A stretch of 64,000 bases of DNA from a bacterium (GTDB taxonomy: Bacteria; Zhuqueibacterota; Zhuqueibacteria; Residuimicrobiales; Krinioviventaceae), in NCBI GenBank assembly GCA_963674595.2, contig CAXXFV010000016.1, positions 384,001 through 448,000 of the forward strand, written 5' to 3'. The notes under the pieces were generated by a model. The model worked only from the letters and a program-made list of their open reading frames with translations. It searched no databases and was not told the DNA's origin. Below, in pieces: positions 18,307 through 29,293 of the stretch; positions within the stretch are counted from its first letter, which is position 1, and the number at the start of each line of letters is the position of its first letter. Made by a program: the position numbers and the translations under genes.

Positions 18307-19115
18307 TGAACTCTAAGGAAATATCACGATTTATCGGTAAAAATATTCTGTTAAGGAAAATCGGTTTTTTTCTTATTTCCATAACAACCCTTCGTGAATG
18401 GTATATCCAAAAAGCACTGAACCAAATTCTTGCTCAAATTAACAAACCATTTGATTTTTTGGACGCCGGTAGTGGTATGGGACAACATGCAATTGATGTC
18501 GCTTCTACATTCCCAAATGCCCGGGTCACCGGTATAGAGCTGGACGAAGAACAAGTTCAGGACTGCAACTTTTTTGCACTGAAATCAGGATTGAAAAATT
18601 TCGAGTTTGTTCAGGGTGATTTGTCAAATTTTCAACAGGACAAAATGTATGACGTTATTTTGTGCGCCAGTGTTTTGGAACATATTTCAGATGATATGGG
18701 AACACTGACCCGCTTGAATAATACTTTAAAAAATAACGGTTATGTTTTGATATATGTGCCTTCCAGTGAACAACGGGTTTTGGCTTCTCTGGAACGTAAA
18801 ATTAATGCGATAACTGAAAAAGAAAATAAAAAATATCCTCATGAACATGTAAGATACTATAGTGAAGAAGAATTACATGAAAAGTTAAACAAAACAGGTT
18901 TTAACGTTATTGATTCGATTATTACTTATGGTTCCTTTGGACGTTTGGCTTATGATATTGTAACAAGCGTTCAGTACAGTTCATTATTTAAATATATTTT
19001 TCCGTTTTATTTAATGTTGGTCCATCCTTTTGTTATGCTGTTAATGTGGGCTGATTATAAAAGAAATAATAAAGACGGCAACGGTTTGATGATTGTTGCA
19101 CAGAAAAAAAATTAA
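18306..19115 (+). CDS. Class I SAM-dependent methyltransferase
   Basis: FLDAGSGMG, VLEHI and HVRYY. Confidence 0.88.
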   Translation: MNSKEISRFIGKNILLRKIGFFLISITTLREWYIQKALNQILAQINKPFDFLDAGSGMGQHAIDVASTFPNARVTGIELDEEQVQDCNFFALKSGLKNFEFVQGDLSNFQQDKMYDVILCASVLEHISDDMGTLTRLNNTLKNNGYVLIYVPSSEQRVLASLERKINAITEKENKKYPHEHVRYYSEEELHEKLNKTGFNVIDSIITYGSFGRLAYDIVTSVQYSSLFKYIFPFYLMLVHPFVMLLMWADYKRNNKDGNGLMIVAQKKN

Positions 19116-19130
19116 TCAAGGTTAAAGCAA

Positions 19131-20555
19131 ATGACGATTTTAAAATCTATAATAACTAATACGGCTGCCAGAACATTGACCGAAATGATAAATCGGTTGG
19201 GTTCGGCTGTATTTTGGATTTTTGTCGCTCGCTATTTGGGAGCCTCGGGCCTCGGCGCCGTCGCATTTGCTTTATCCTTGTTTTCATTCTTTAATGTTAT
19301 TTCTTCTTTCGGACTGGGATCCGTATTGGTTCGCGATGTGGCAAAAAACAAAAAAATTGCCGGTTCACTTTATTCTCATATATCCGTTATTGGTTTTATT
19401 TCTTCAATAATATTTGCAGCATTGATGATCGGTTTAACGGTTATCATCAATCCGCAGCATGATACATTTTTGGCTTCAGTAATCATGGCTTTTGCTTTGA
19501 TTCCGTCTACTGCCTTTTTATGGGGCCGGGCATTTTTTACAGCTAAAGAAAAAACCGGATATATTGCCGGTGCCCGGGCCGCAGAAAATATTTTTAAAAT
19601 AACGGCAGGTTTAATCGTTCTGAATTTAGGCGGCGGTATTTTGTATGTCGCGCTTGTTATTGCGGCCAGCAAAATTGTTTCCAGCGTATTGATAAATGTT
19701 TTGGTTGTTACCAAAGTTGTTAAACCTGTCTGGAAATATAACAGCAATGTCATACGCTATTTATTAAAACAAATACCCTCGTTCTCTTTTATTGCTGTAT
19801 TTAACTCGGCATTTTGGGCCTCATCAATTATTCTGTTAACAGAAATTAAAGGTGAAGCTGTTGCCGGTGTTTTTACGGCCGCTTTTAAATTGGTTGATAT
19901 TGGCGTTGCAATCCTTGCTGCCTATGGTCAGGCCTTTTTTCCGATTGCTTCCCGCACTTTTGAAAAAAGGACCGAAATTTTTCAAATGCTTTTGAAAAAA
20001 TCCATAAAATATTGTATTACCGGTGCATTGGCAGCAGCAACAGTTATTTATATTTTAGCTCCACATTTGGTACACCTGTTATATGGCGAAACGATGGCCG
20101 AATCCGTTCAGGTATTAAGAATTTTGGTTTGGCTGCTGGTTCCATTTGCCATAGTACCGACTCTTGCTTTTACACTTATTGTTCATAACCAGCAAAAATT
20201 TGATTTAAAAGCAAATGCTTTGGCTTTTTTAACATTAATAACCATGCATTTTTTATTGGTACCCCAACATGGTGCAATAGGGGCTGCTATTGCCCTGGTA
20301 TGTGGTGCATTGATGTTTGCAGGTTATGAGTTTTGGTCTGTTAGAAAATTGGTTTTTCAGATGGATATTTCAATTTCACATATAAAACCATTTATAAACC
20401 TGGCTGTAATGGCTGGTGTGGTTTGGTTACTTAAAGATGTTAATATGTGGGTAGCGGCTTTTTCTGGCTTGATGATTTTAATCGCTACTATGCGATTTAC
20501 AGGCACAATAACTGACTATGAAATTCATTTTGTCAGACAGTTAAAGACGTTTTAG
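19131..20555 (+). CDS. wzx: Wzx flippase (MOP family)
   Basis: Many TM segments; ARYLGASGLG and FGLGSVLVRDVA. Confidence 0.85.
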   Translation: MTILKSIITNTAARTLTEMINRLGSAVFWIFVARYLGASGLGAVAFALSLFSFFNVISSFGLGSVLVRDVAKNKKIAGSLYSHISVIGFISSIIFAALMIGLTVIINPQHDTFLASVIMAFALIPSTAFLWGRAFFTAKEKTGYIAGARAAENIFKITAGLIVLNLGGGILYVALVIAASKIVSSVLINVLVVTKVVKPVWKYNSNVIRYLLKQIPSFSFIAVFNSAFWASSIILLTEIKGEAVAGVFTAAFKLVDIGVAILAAYGQAFFPIASRTFEKRTEIFQMLLKKSIKYCITGALAAATVIYILAPHLVHLLYGETMAESVQVLRILVWLLVPFAIVPTLAFTLIVHNQQKFDLKANALAFLTLITMHFLLVPQHGAIGAAIALVCGALMFAGYEFWSVRKLVFQMDISISHIKPFINLAVMAGVVWLLKDVNMWVAAFSGLMILIATMRFTGTITDYEIHFVRQLKTF

Positions 20556-20561
20556 GAGCAG

Positions 20562-21545
20562 ATGAAAGAAATGGAAACAAAATTTAATATAAAACCCCGA
20601 GTCTCTGTTGTCATTCCTACGCGTAATCGTTGGTCTGCTTTAAAAGATGTGCTTTATGCATTGGAAAGACAGGATTGTTCCCGGTATAGCTTTGAAGTTG
20701 TTGTTGTCGATGATGGTTCGAATGACGAAACGCCTCAACGCCTTGAAGAATTCGGCCAACAGACAAACATTCAATTCCGTTATGTTAAAAGTTCCAGCGG
20801 CGCAGCCGGTAATGCGAGAAATATCGGTATCGAAAATTCAAATGGTGATTTGGTACTGTTTTTAGATACGGATACCGTCCCGGCAAACGATGTTGTAAGG
20901 CAACATTTAAAACTGCACAATCAATTTGTTGATACATTGGGTTGTATTATGGGAAATGTGAAAATGGCTGACGAATTGGTCAAGCCGGAACAAGCCCGAT
21001 TGTGGGAAACAGATTGGTCTTTGGATTCATCAGAGTTGCAGCAGGTCGATTTTTGGAAATACCGTACGGCAAATACTTCGTTACAACGTTCTTTGTTCGA
21101 TATTGCAGGCGGTTTTCACAACAAAATGGTAGCTGCTGAAGATACCGAATTGGCATATCGGTTGAATAAGATGGGCGTTCAGTTTTTTTATGATAATAGT
21201 ATTGTTGCCACACATTATCATCCTATGGATTTGAAAGATTTTTTGAAAAAAGCGTCCATGTATGGAACTGCCGTAGGATGTTGGTATCTGGAAAATAAAG
21301 AGTTAAGGAAAAATCTGGTTTTACGTTATGGTGTCTATGCGAGAGAGCTTCCTTTTGTGAAAAAATTCAAGTATGGCATCCGTGTTTTGTTTGTCAACCG
21401 TTTAACAATGCCGTTTATTTTATTGGCTGGAAAAATTACGAGACGGGTTTGGCTGGATGCTTCAGAAATATTATACAACTGTGCATATCGATATAAAACG
21501 CGGCGGGCGTTTCACAAGTATTTGGCGACCGCCACAGGCAAGTAA
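20562..21545 (+). CDS. Glycosyltransferase family 2
   Basis: VSVVIPTRNR, VVDDGSND, FLDTD and EDTELAYR. Confidence 0.92.
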   Translation: MKEMETKFNIKPRVSVVIPTRNRWSALKDVLYALERQDCSRYSFEVVVVDDGSNDETPQRLEEFGQQTNIQFRYVKSSSGAAGNARNIGIENSNGDLVLFLDTDTVPANDVVRQHLKLHNQFVDTLGCIMGNVKMADELVKPEQARLWETDWSLDSSELQQVDFWKYRTANTSLQRSLFDIAGGFHNKMVAAEDTELAYRLNKMGVQFFYDNSIVATHYHPMDLKDFLKKASMYGTAVGCWYLENKELRKNLVLRYGVYARELPFVKKFKYGIRVLFVNRLTMPFILLAGKITRRVWLDASEILYNCAYRYKTRRAFHKYLATATGK

Positions 21546-21568
21546 ATAGACAAAGTGTAAGGTTTGAA

Positions 21569-22822
21569 ATGCGGATATTAATGACAAATTGGCTATATGT
21601 TCCAGAATTTTCAGGGGGCGCATTGCAATGTCATAGGCTTTCATTAAAACTGGCTAAAATGGGATTTGATGTTGAGGTACTTGCCGGTACGGATAATTAT
21701 GATCTTGTTGGTCCCGGCGAAGTTGATGGAATTCCTGTAACCCGAGTTTTACGTGACAAATCCAGTCGTGCCAGTCACATTAAATACGGTTGGGAAATTT
21801 TCCATTATATCATTAAAAATAAAAATCGTTATGACGTCATTCATTCCCATGGTTTTCACGCTACTGTTAATTTGGCTGCCCGTTTAACTGGTATTCCATT
21901 AGTACAAAAAATAACCAATTTACACGTGGACGATCCTTTGGCTGTACGCCGTCGTCGTTTTGGTCATTTTATTATGCGCGTTTATCAAATGGCACGGGTT
22001 GTAATTACAACTTCTGGTCTGTTGGAAGAAATAACACAACAAACTTTGCCTATAACAAAATATACCAGAATTCGAAATGGTGTGGATACCAACCTGTTTC
22101 GGCCATTACTTACGGAACAAAAGCTGGCTCTTAGAAAAAAATTCAATATATCACCCGAGAAAATCGTCCTTATCTCTGTGGGCTCTTTAACCCCCAACAA
22201 GGGATTGGATACATTGCTTGATGCTATTAAAGTTTTAAATAAAGACATTTTAAACAAAATTGAATTATGGGTTGTTGGACCGCAAAACTGTAAAAAGTCG
22301 ATTGGTCTGTTTGATCCCCGAGTTGAAAAATATGTACAAAAAATATATAAAAAAGTAACAGACTATAAGTTGAAAAAAGTAATTCGGTTTTGGGGCAACC
22401 AGGAAAGAATTTATGAATTTTTACAGGCAGCCGATGTTTATGTCCATCCCAGTAAGCAGGAAGGACAGCCAAATGCACTGCTGGAAGCAATGTCTTGTGC
22501 TTTACCGACTGTTGCGCACACTATTCCTGGTATTACTGATGAAATTATTCAAACCGGACGATTTGGTTACCTTGTGGACTGTAATGACAGTCCAATGTTT
22601 GCAGCAGCATTGCGGGTTTTAATTAAAAACCCATCAATTCGTGAAAGACTTGGTGAAAATGCTCGATTGGAAATTAAACAAAATTATGATTTGTGGTATA
22701 TTGCTCAGAAATATTCCATGCTTTATTACAGATTAACACATAATGACCCAAAAAAGTTTAATAATTACCAGCAGCTCGTTCAATTAACAAGGGATATCGG
22801 TAAAAATGCGAATAAAAAATAA
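21569..22822 (+). CDS. Glycosyltransferase family 4
   Basis: NGVDT, KGLD and EGQPNALLEAM. Confidence 0.92.
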   Translation: MRILMTNWLYVPEFSGGALQCHRLSLKLAKMGFDVEVLAGTDNYDLVGPGEVDGIPVTRVLRDKSSRASHIKYGWEIFHYIIKNKNRYDVIHSHGFHATVNLAARLTGIPLVQKITNLHVDDPLAVRRRRFGHFIMRVYQMARVVITTSGLLEEITQQTLPITKYTRIRNGVDTNLFRPLLTEQKLALRKKFNISPEKIVLISVGSLTPNKGLDTLLDAIKVLNKDILNKIELWVVGPQNCKKSIGLFDPRVEKYVQKIYKKVTDYKLKKVIRFWGNQERIYEFLQAADVYVHPSKQEGQPNALLEAMSCALPTVAHTIPGITDEIIQTGRFGYLVDCNDSPMFAAALRVLIKNPSIRERLGENARLEIKQNYDLWYIAQKYSMLYYRLTHNDPKKFNNYQQLVQLTRDIGKNANKK

Positions 22823-24158
22823 TGATTTGAACATGACTGTGGCGTTGACGAGTTTTCGTAATCGACTTATTAAAAGAACGTTAAGCCCTTATAGAAAGTA
22901 TCAAAAGTTTCTGGATACTTCTCAATGGTGGTCCAAAACTCAGATACAGGATTATCAAATAAAACAAATCCAAAAAATGGTATCAAGAGCTTTCAAACAT
23001 GTTTTTTATTATAAAACAATCATGTCTGTTTATGGTGTTCGTCCGCAGGATATTCAGTCTTTTGATGACCTTGACAGATTACCGATTCTTGAAAAAGAAG
23101 ACGTTCGTACCTTTCATAATGAAATGGTATCAAATGATATGATAGATTCCACATTATACAAATGTCATACAAGTGGAACGACAGGTAAACCGTTAACATT
23201 ATACCGTGATCTGGATAACGTAGGTTTTGAATATGCTATTTTACAACGACAGAAATTATGGGCAGGCCTGAAAGGCAAAAGCCTGATAGCAACTTTAAAA
23301 GGTGATTTAATTCCTGAGAAAAGCATAAAGAATAATGTTTATTGGGCATTCAGTCCTTTTGAAAACAAGCTCATGATGTCATCATTACATATATCGGAAA
23401 AAACAGTTGATGATTACATTACCGCCTTGCGAAGATATCAACCACAAGCAATCGATGGATATCCTTCTTCAATTTATATACTGGCTAAATTTATGTTGAA
23501 GAAAAATTTACGATTTCCTTTAAAAGCTGTTTTAACCTCTTCAGAAACGTTGAGTCCGAACCATAAATCGGTTATTGAAAAAGCGTTTGCCTGTCCCGTG
23601 TATGATTATTATGGTATGGCTGAACGTATTGCTGCTATCCATACCTGTGAACATGGAAATTATCATATTGTTCCTGAATACAGCTATATAGAATTTGGCA
23701 GACGTCCGGGATTGACTGATAACAGTTATGAAATAATTGGTACTGCTTTTTCAAATCGCGCTATGCCGCTGATCCGTTATCGTATTGGTGATGTTGTTAA
23801 ATTAAGTGATAAAACATGTGCCTGTGGCAGAGAATTCCCAGTCGTTGAAAGTGTTATTGGACGCATAGATGATTATATCGTTACACCAAGCGGTAAAGTG
23901 ATCGGCAGGTTGAATAATGTTGTTAAATATTCTCATAATTGTAAAGAAACACAAATTTACCAGCCGGATATTAATAATCTGGTAGTAAGAATTGTGCCGG
24001 ATAAATTTTTTACTAAAAATGATGGTGATGTTATTCTCAATAGGCTTCAACGCCGGATTGGAGAAAAAATGCATTGCCGACTCGAAAATGTTTCATCCAT
24101 TCCTCGAAGTAGTCGAGGAAAATTTAAAGCCGTTATATCTAAAGTTAATGCTTTTTAA
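22806..24158 (+). CDS. Phenylacetate-CoA ligase / CapK-like adenylate-forming enzyme
   Basis: TSGTTGKP, YGMAE, MPLIRYRIGD and GRIDD. Confidence 0.85.
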   Translation: MRIKNNDLNMTVALTSFRNRLIKRTLSPYRKYQKFLDTSQWWSKTQIQDYQIKQIQKMVSRAFKHVFYYKTIMSVYGVRPQDIQSFDDLDRLPILEKEDVRTFHNEMVSNDMIDSTLYKCHTSGTTGKPLTLYRDLDNVGFEYAILQRQKLWAGLKGKSLIATLKGDLIPEKSIKNNVYWAFSPFENKLMMSSLHISEKTVDDYITALRRYQPQAIDGYPSSIYILAKFMLKKNLRFPLKAVLTSSETLSPNHKSVIEKAFACPVYDYYGMAERIAAIHTCEHGNYHIVPEYSYIEFGRRPGLTDNSYEIIGTAFSNRAMPLIRYRIGDVVKLSDKTCACGREFPVVESVIGRIDDYIVTPSGKVIGRLNNVVKYSHNCKETQIYQPDINNLVVRIVPDKFFTKNDGDVILNRLQRRIGEKMHCRLENVSSIPRSSRGKFKAVISKVNAF

Positions 24159-24182
24159 GATGGGCTGAAGGGAGACGGGAAG

Positions 24183-25505
24183 ATGAATATAAGTATTTTT
24201 GGATTAGGATATGTAGGTTGTGTCTCTGCGGCATGCTTTGCGCAAATGGGACATAAAGTGATCGGTGTTGATGTTCGACTGGATAAGGTGAAAATGTTTA
24301 ACAAGGGAATTTCCCCAATTATTGAAAAGGACATTGATTCCATCGTACGCGAACAGGTCGAAAATATGAACCTGCGAGCGACCACCCAGGCTAAAAACGC
24401 TGTTAAAAAATCAGATGTTTTATTTATCTGTGTCGGTACACCAAGTAATGCCAATGGCAGTCTGAATTTTGATTATGTTGAAAGAGTTTGTACCGAGATC
24501 GGAACAGAATTAAAAGAAAAGGAAGCTTTTACTTCTGTTGTATTGCGCAGCACAGTATTACCGGGTGTTGCTGAAGAGGTTGCTATTAATGCTTTGGAAA
24601 AAAGTTCCGGTAAAACCGCTGGTGTTGATTTTGGTTTTGCTTTAAATCCCGAATTTTTGAGAGAAGGCACTTCAGTATATGATTTTTATCATCCTCCCAA
24701 AACCGTTATCGGTGAGCTGGATGAAAAAACAAGTTCTATTCTTGAAGAGCTTTATAAACCTATAGATGCACCTATTTTTAAACTCGGCATACCGGAAGCA
24801 TCCATGATCAAATATTCGGATAATGCTTTTCATGCCGTCAAGGTTGCATTTGCCAATGAAATCGGCCGAATGTGTAAACAATTTAACGTTGACAGCCGCA
24901 AGGTCATGGAAGTGTTTACTCAGGATGTAAAATTGAATCTTTCATCCTATTATTTAAAGCCGGGTTTTGCTTTTGGTGGTTCTTGTCTTCCAAAGGACCT
25001 TCGTGCCATCACTCATAAAGCACGGCAAAATGATGTTTCTGTTCCTTTACTGGAATCAGCCATGGAAAGCAATGAAGAACACATTCGTCATGCTTTGGAT
25101 ATTGTTCAGGAAAACGGACGAAAACGTGTCGGTGTTTTGGGTTTGAGTTTTAAAAGCGGTACTGACGATATGCGTGAAAGCCCGGTTGTTACCATGATCG
25201 AGCAATTGATCGGTAAAGGATATAAAGTAAAAATTTATGATAAAAACGTTTCTATTGCCCGACTTATCGGTTCCAATAAAGACTATATTAAAAAAGAAAT
25301 TCCACATATAGCAAAGTTAATGTGTGATTCCGTCAAAGAAGTACTTGATCAGTCCGACGTTGTTGTTGTCGGCAATCCGTCCAAAGAACATGAAGTTGTA
25401 CTTGGCGAACTGAAAAATGGCCACAAGATTATCGATCTTTCTGGTCTGCAAAATGCTAAAAACGGAAATTTAAAAGAGGTAAATTATGAAGGCATATGCT
25501 GGTAA
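24183..25505 (+). CDS. Nucleotide-sugar dehydrogenase, GDP-mannose 6-dehydrogenase (AlgD)-like
   Basis: GLGYVG, NPEFLREG, YYLKPGFAFGGSCLPKD and a C-terminal EGICW as in AlgD. Confidence 0.88.
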   Translation: MNISIFGLGYVGCVSAACFAQMGHKVIGVDVRLDKVKMFNKGISPIIEKDIDSIVREQVENMNLRATTQAKNAVKKSDVLFICVGTPSNANGSLNFDYVERVCTEIGTELKEKEAFTSVVLRSTVLPGVAEEVAINALEKSSGKTAGVDFGFALNPEFLREGTSVYDFYHPPKTVIGELDEKTSSILEELYKPIDAPIFKLGIPEASMIKYSDNAFHAVKVAFANEIGRMCKQFNVDSRKVMEVFTQDVKLNLSSYYLKPGFAFGGSCLPKDLRAITHKARQNDVSVPLLESAMESNEEHIRHALDIVQENGRKRVGVLGLSFKSGTDDMRESPVVTMIEQLIGKGYKVKIYDKNVSIARLIGSNKDYIKKEIPHIAKLMCDSVKEVLDQSDVVVVGNPSKEHEVVLGELKNGHKIIDLSGLQNAKNGNLKEVNYEGICW

Positions 25506-26895
25506 AGTTTTGATGATCGTTCAAAATCTTCCAGTCCCGTTTGATCGAAGAGTGTGGTTGGAAGCACGGACATTAACAGATAATGGTTATAAAGTATCTG
25601 TTATTTGCCCGAAATCAAAAGAATATTCAAAAAGTTATGAAAAGATTGAAAATATAGCTATTTATCGTTATAAAATGCCGGTGAATGCCGAAGGTGTTTT
25701 AAGCTACTTTATGGAATTTGCCTATGCCTGGTTGGCAACAGCATTGTTATCCTTAAAAGTTTTATTCCGTGAAGGATTTGATGTTATTCAGGCATGTAAT
25801 CCTCCGGATACTTATTTTCTTCTCGGTTTGATTTACAAGCTTTTTGGTAAAGAATATATTTTTGATCATCACGATCTGTCTCCTGAAATGTTTATGGCCA
25901 AGTATAATGATAAAAAGAATTTTTTATACAAAGCACTGCTCATTTTGGAAAAATTAACCATTCGTACGGCCAAAGTTGTACTCGTTACCAACAAGTCCTA
26001 TAAAAAAACGGCTGTTGAACGCGGCGGCAAAAACCCGGATGATGTTTTTGTTTTGCGAACCGGACCGGATTTGAACAGACTGCACATCGTTTCAACAAGT
26101 GATGAGTTAAAACGTGGTAAAAAGTATTTGGTTTGTTACCTTGGTGAAATGTGTCCCCAAGATGGTGTCGATTATTTACTGCATTCTGTAGACCATTTAT
26201 TGCATACATTTCGACGTGATGATGTTGCTGTTACTTTAATAGGTGGTGGTCCGGCAATGCAGCAGCTTAAAGAGATGAGTGAAAATATGGGACTTGATGA
26301 TGTTGTGGAATTTACCGGTAGAATTTCGGATGCGGAACTTTGCCGCTATCTTTCAACGGCTGATGTTTGTGTTGATCCGGATCCCTATTCCGAATGGGCC
26401 AACCATTCAACCATGAATAAAATATTGGAATATATGACTTTTGGTAAGCCTATTGTATCCTATGATTTGGTTGAAACCTATAATTCCGCCAAAAAAGCGG
26501 CTGTTTACGCCAAACCGAATGATACCATAGAGTTTGCAGAAAAAATTAATATGCTGCTTAATGACAAGTTTCGTCGGGAGCAAATGGGTCGTTATGGCCG
26601 GGTTCGTATTCTTGAAAAATTGGCCTGGAAACATACTCATAAATCCTTGTTGGAAGCCTATGATAAAGTTTTTGCCGGAACCAAACCTGTTGTTGCCGAA
26701 GCAAAGAGAAAACCTGCTTCCAGAAAGCTGTTGACATTCCATCACGAATTAATGCAGAAAATCGGTTTTTCAGATACCAGACAGGTTCAGTCTCGTCAAA
26801 GCAGTGAAAAAGTTAAAGATGTAAAAAAGATAAACTGGGACACAAATCATAACGTTGAAGAAAAAGAGAAAATGATTGTGTCTGAAAAAATCTAA
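25486..26895 (+). CDS. Glycosyltransferase family 4
   Basis: NLPVPFDRRVW, DHHDLSPE and NKILEYM. Confidence 0.88.
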   Translation: MKAYAGKVLMIVQNLPVPFDRRVWLEARTLTDNGYKVSVICPKSKEYSKSYEKIENIAIYRYKMPVNAEGVLSYFMEFAYAWLATALLSLKVLFREGFDVIQACNPPDTYFLLGLIYKLFGKEYIFDHHDLSPEMFMAKYNDKKNFLYKALLILEKLTIRTAKVVLVTNKSYKKTAVERGGKNPDDVFVLRTGPDLNRLHIVSTSDELKRGKKYLVCYLGEMCPQDGVDYLLHSVDHLLHTFRRDDVAVTLIGGGPAMQQLKEMSENMGLDDVVEFTGRISDAELCRYLSTADVCVDPDPYSEWANHSTMNKILEYMTFGKPIVSYDLVETYNSAKKAAVYAKPNDTIEFAEKINMLLNDKFRREQMGRYGRVRILEKLAWKHTHKSLLEAYDKVFAGTKPVVAEAKRKPASRKLLTFHHELMQKIGFSDTRQVQSRQSSEKVKDVKKINWDTNHNVEEKEKMIVSEKI

Positions 26896-26911
26896 GGTTT
26901 GAAATTGGGTT

Positions 26912-27937
26912 GTGGAGAATAGTGTGGTTGTTTTAAAATATTTCAAGTATGTAGCGATATGTGGATTTTTGTTGCTGGGCTGTTCCGAGGACAATCCGGT
27001 TGCCCCGGAAACAACCCGGCAATGGACCGCTGTTAACTCTGGTCTTACCAGCATGACGATCCAAGATATTGTCCCTGTTCCAGGAGCAGAGAACACGCTG
27101 TTTGCCGGGACTATTAATGGCGTTTTTAAAACCGAAAATGCCGGTGGTTCGTGGACTGATGTTTCAAATGATCTGGCCAGCAAAGATGCCCGTTGTCTTT
27201 TTGTGGACCCTAATGATGTTAATGTTATCTATTGTGGTACCCAGAGCAAGGGTGTTTTTAAATCTGTCAATTCCGGTCAATCATGGACATCTGTATGGAA
27301 AAGTGGTCAACATCCTTTGATTTATTCGCTTTTTGTCACATCCGGTGCCAATTCTGTTGTTTGGGCCGGCTCACAAAATGGTTTATATAAAAGTACCGAT
27401 GGCGGCCAAAACTGGACCCGGTCGTTTTTATATGGCGACGTTATTGCCGTTACAGCAAATCCGAATGATCCGAATGTTTTGTATATCGGCGTCGAGTATC
27501 AGGGTATATTTAAAACTACAGATGGCGGAGAAAATTGGAACGCTGTAAATACCGGTATTTTTAAAGGCAGTGATGGTTATGCAAGTGCGAATAGTTTTAT
27601 TGTAAATTCTGATAATGTGAACCAGGTAGTTATGAGCACCGGTAATGTTGACCTTTATAAAACAACCAATGCCGGACAAAGTTGGACGCAATTCGCCGAA
27701 ACACTGAATGGTTTAAAAGTTACTTCGCTAACAGTGAATCCGGCTAACTCGAAACAAATTCTGGCTGCAACAACCCAAAACGGTGTTTACCAAAGCACGG
27801 ATGCAGGTTCAAGCTGGAACGATATGAATACAGGACTGGAAACATTACAAATAAAGCGAATCTGTTTTGTGAAAGGTGAAAAATCCGCGTGTTATGCCGG
27901 AACGATTGGTAAAGGTGTTTATAAATATGTTTTTTAA
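26912..27937 (+). CDS. BNR/Asp-box beta-propeller lipoprotein (YCF48/VPS10-like)
   Basis: Lipobox LLGC; repeated GVFKS/T.DGG..W Asp-boxes. Confidence 0.8.
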   Translation: MENSVVVLKYFKYVAICGFLLLGCSEDNPVAPETTRQWTAVNSGLTSMTIQDIVPVPGAENTLFAGTINGVFKTENAGGSWTDVSNDLASKDARCLFVDPNDVNVIYCGTQSKGVFKSVNSGQSWTSVWKSGQHPLIYSLFVTSGANSVVWAGSQNGLYKSTDGGQNWTRSFLYGDVIAVTANPNDPNVLYIGVEYQGIFKTTDGGENWNAVNTGIFKGSDGYASANSFIVNSDNVNQVVMSTGNVDLYKTTNAGQSWTQFAETLNGLKVTSLTVNPANSKQILAATTQNGVYQSTDAGSSWNDMNTGLETLQIKRICFVKGEKSACYAGTIGKGVYKYVF

Positions 27938-29213
27938 AGATAACAATAATAAATATATTTTCGCTCTTTTAGTCCTTGGTTTGATTATTCGCGTTGGCTA
28001 TATTCTAACTTTGGAAAATTCTGTTTACTGGGAAGATGAAACCGACTATATGCGACTTTCCGAAAGTATTGTTACAGGTAATGGGTTTGTTAATCCCGAT
28101 GGACAGCCGACTGCATTTCGGGCCCCCGGTTATCCTGTGTTTTTAGCTGCTTTAAATGTTGTTGGTATAAAGGGTATCTTGCCTATTCGCATAGCACAAG
28201 CTTTTATTAGTGTATTAACACTATTTTTGCTGTATTTACTGGCCTGCCGTATTTTTAATCCGGTTGCCGGAATCGTTAGTTTGGGACTGGGAGCTGTTTA
28301 CCCTTATTTTATTTTTATTTCAGGTACGGTGCTGGCAACTGTATTATACAGTTTTCTTCTAGTACTCTTTGCTTATATATTTCATATTGCCCTTTCTGAA
28401 AAAAACAAATGGATGCTTTTGTTAAGCGGAATTGTCCTCGGTTTGACCATTCTTACCCGATCTGCAGCTTTGGTGATTTTAGGTGTCATTTTTTTATGGC
28501 TTTTTATTACTTTTCGAAAAGACCTCAAAATCTTTGCAGGTTATTCACTCCTGTTAACAGGAGCATGTTTAATTGTAATATCTCCCTGGATCGTTCGGAA
28601 TTACACAAAACTGAATGTTGCAAATATTTCTTCAAACGGCGGCAGAAATTTATGGCTGGGAAATAATAAAAATGCGACGATCAATTCCGGAAGTGATCTT
28701 GTTTTAACGGATAGAATTGAGAAAAAATTGCAATCGGTTCACAACGAAAGCGAAATAGATAATGTATATAATCACGAAGCGGTCCGGTATATCCGGGAAA
28801 ATCCCGGCCGGTTTTTGAAATTGACCCTGGCCAAGGCCGTTAGCTTTTGGCGTCTCGACCCATCACCTACAACAACAGGTTATCTGAAAATAGACTCTAA
28901 TATTCGTTGGGTGAGCATACTTTCTTATGGGCCAATATTTATTTTGGCCGTGTTAGGCTTTTTTATGATGCCCGATTCGAGCAGAAAATATGTGTTGTTT
29001 TGGGTTTTGTTTGCATGCAGTCAAATGCTGTTACACGCCGTTTATATCACAAAAGTGCGGTTTCGGTTACCGCTTGATCATTTTCTAATTTTTATCGCCG
29101 GATTTACAATTGTTTTCCTGGTTACTAAAATCAAGATGGCTTTAAGTGATTATAAAAAAGATTATATTGTTCCCTTGTCCTGGCAGACAATTAGTAAAAG
29201 CCGACATTGTTAA
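27876..29213 (+). CDS. GT-C fold (ArnT/PMT_2-like) membrane glycosyltransferase (start probably 27927)
   Basis: WEDETDY, AFRAPGYP, PWIVRNY and RFRLP; polytopic. Confidence 0.8.
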   Translation: MKNPRVMPERLVKVFINMFFKDNNNKYIFALLVLGLIIRVGYILTLENSVYWEDETDYMRLSESIVTGNGFVNPDGQPTAFRAPGYPVFLAALNVVGIKGILPIRIAQAFISVLTLFLLYLLACRIFNPVAGIVSLGLGAVYPYFIFISGTVLATVLYSFLLVLFAYIFHIALSEKNKWMLLLSGIVLGLTILTRSAALVILGVIFLWLFITFRKDLKIFAGYSLLLTGACLIVISPWIVRNYTKLNVANISSNGGRNLWLGNNKNATINSGSDLVLTDRIEKKLQSVHNESEIDNVYNHEAVRYIRENPGRFLKLTLAKAVSFWRLDPSPTTTGYLKIDSNIRWVSILSYGPIFILAVLGFFMMPDSSRKYVLFWVLFACSQMLLHAVYITKVRFRLPLDHFLIFIAGFTIVFLVTKIKMALSDYKKDYIVPLSWQTISKSRHC

Positions 29214-29293
29214 TGAATTTTTAATTCACAGAGTATTTTTGAATTTGGTATTGCATCTTTAGCTTGACATCCTTTTCCTTTTAGGAGTGGATT

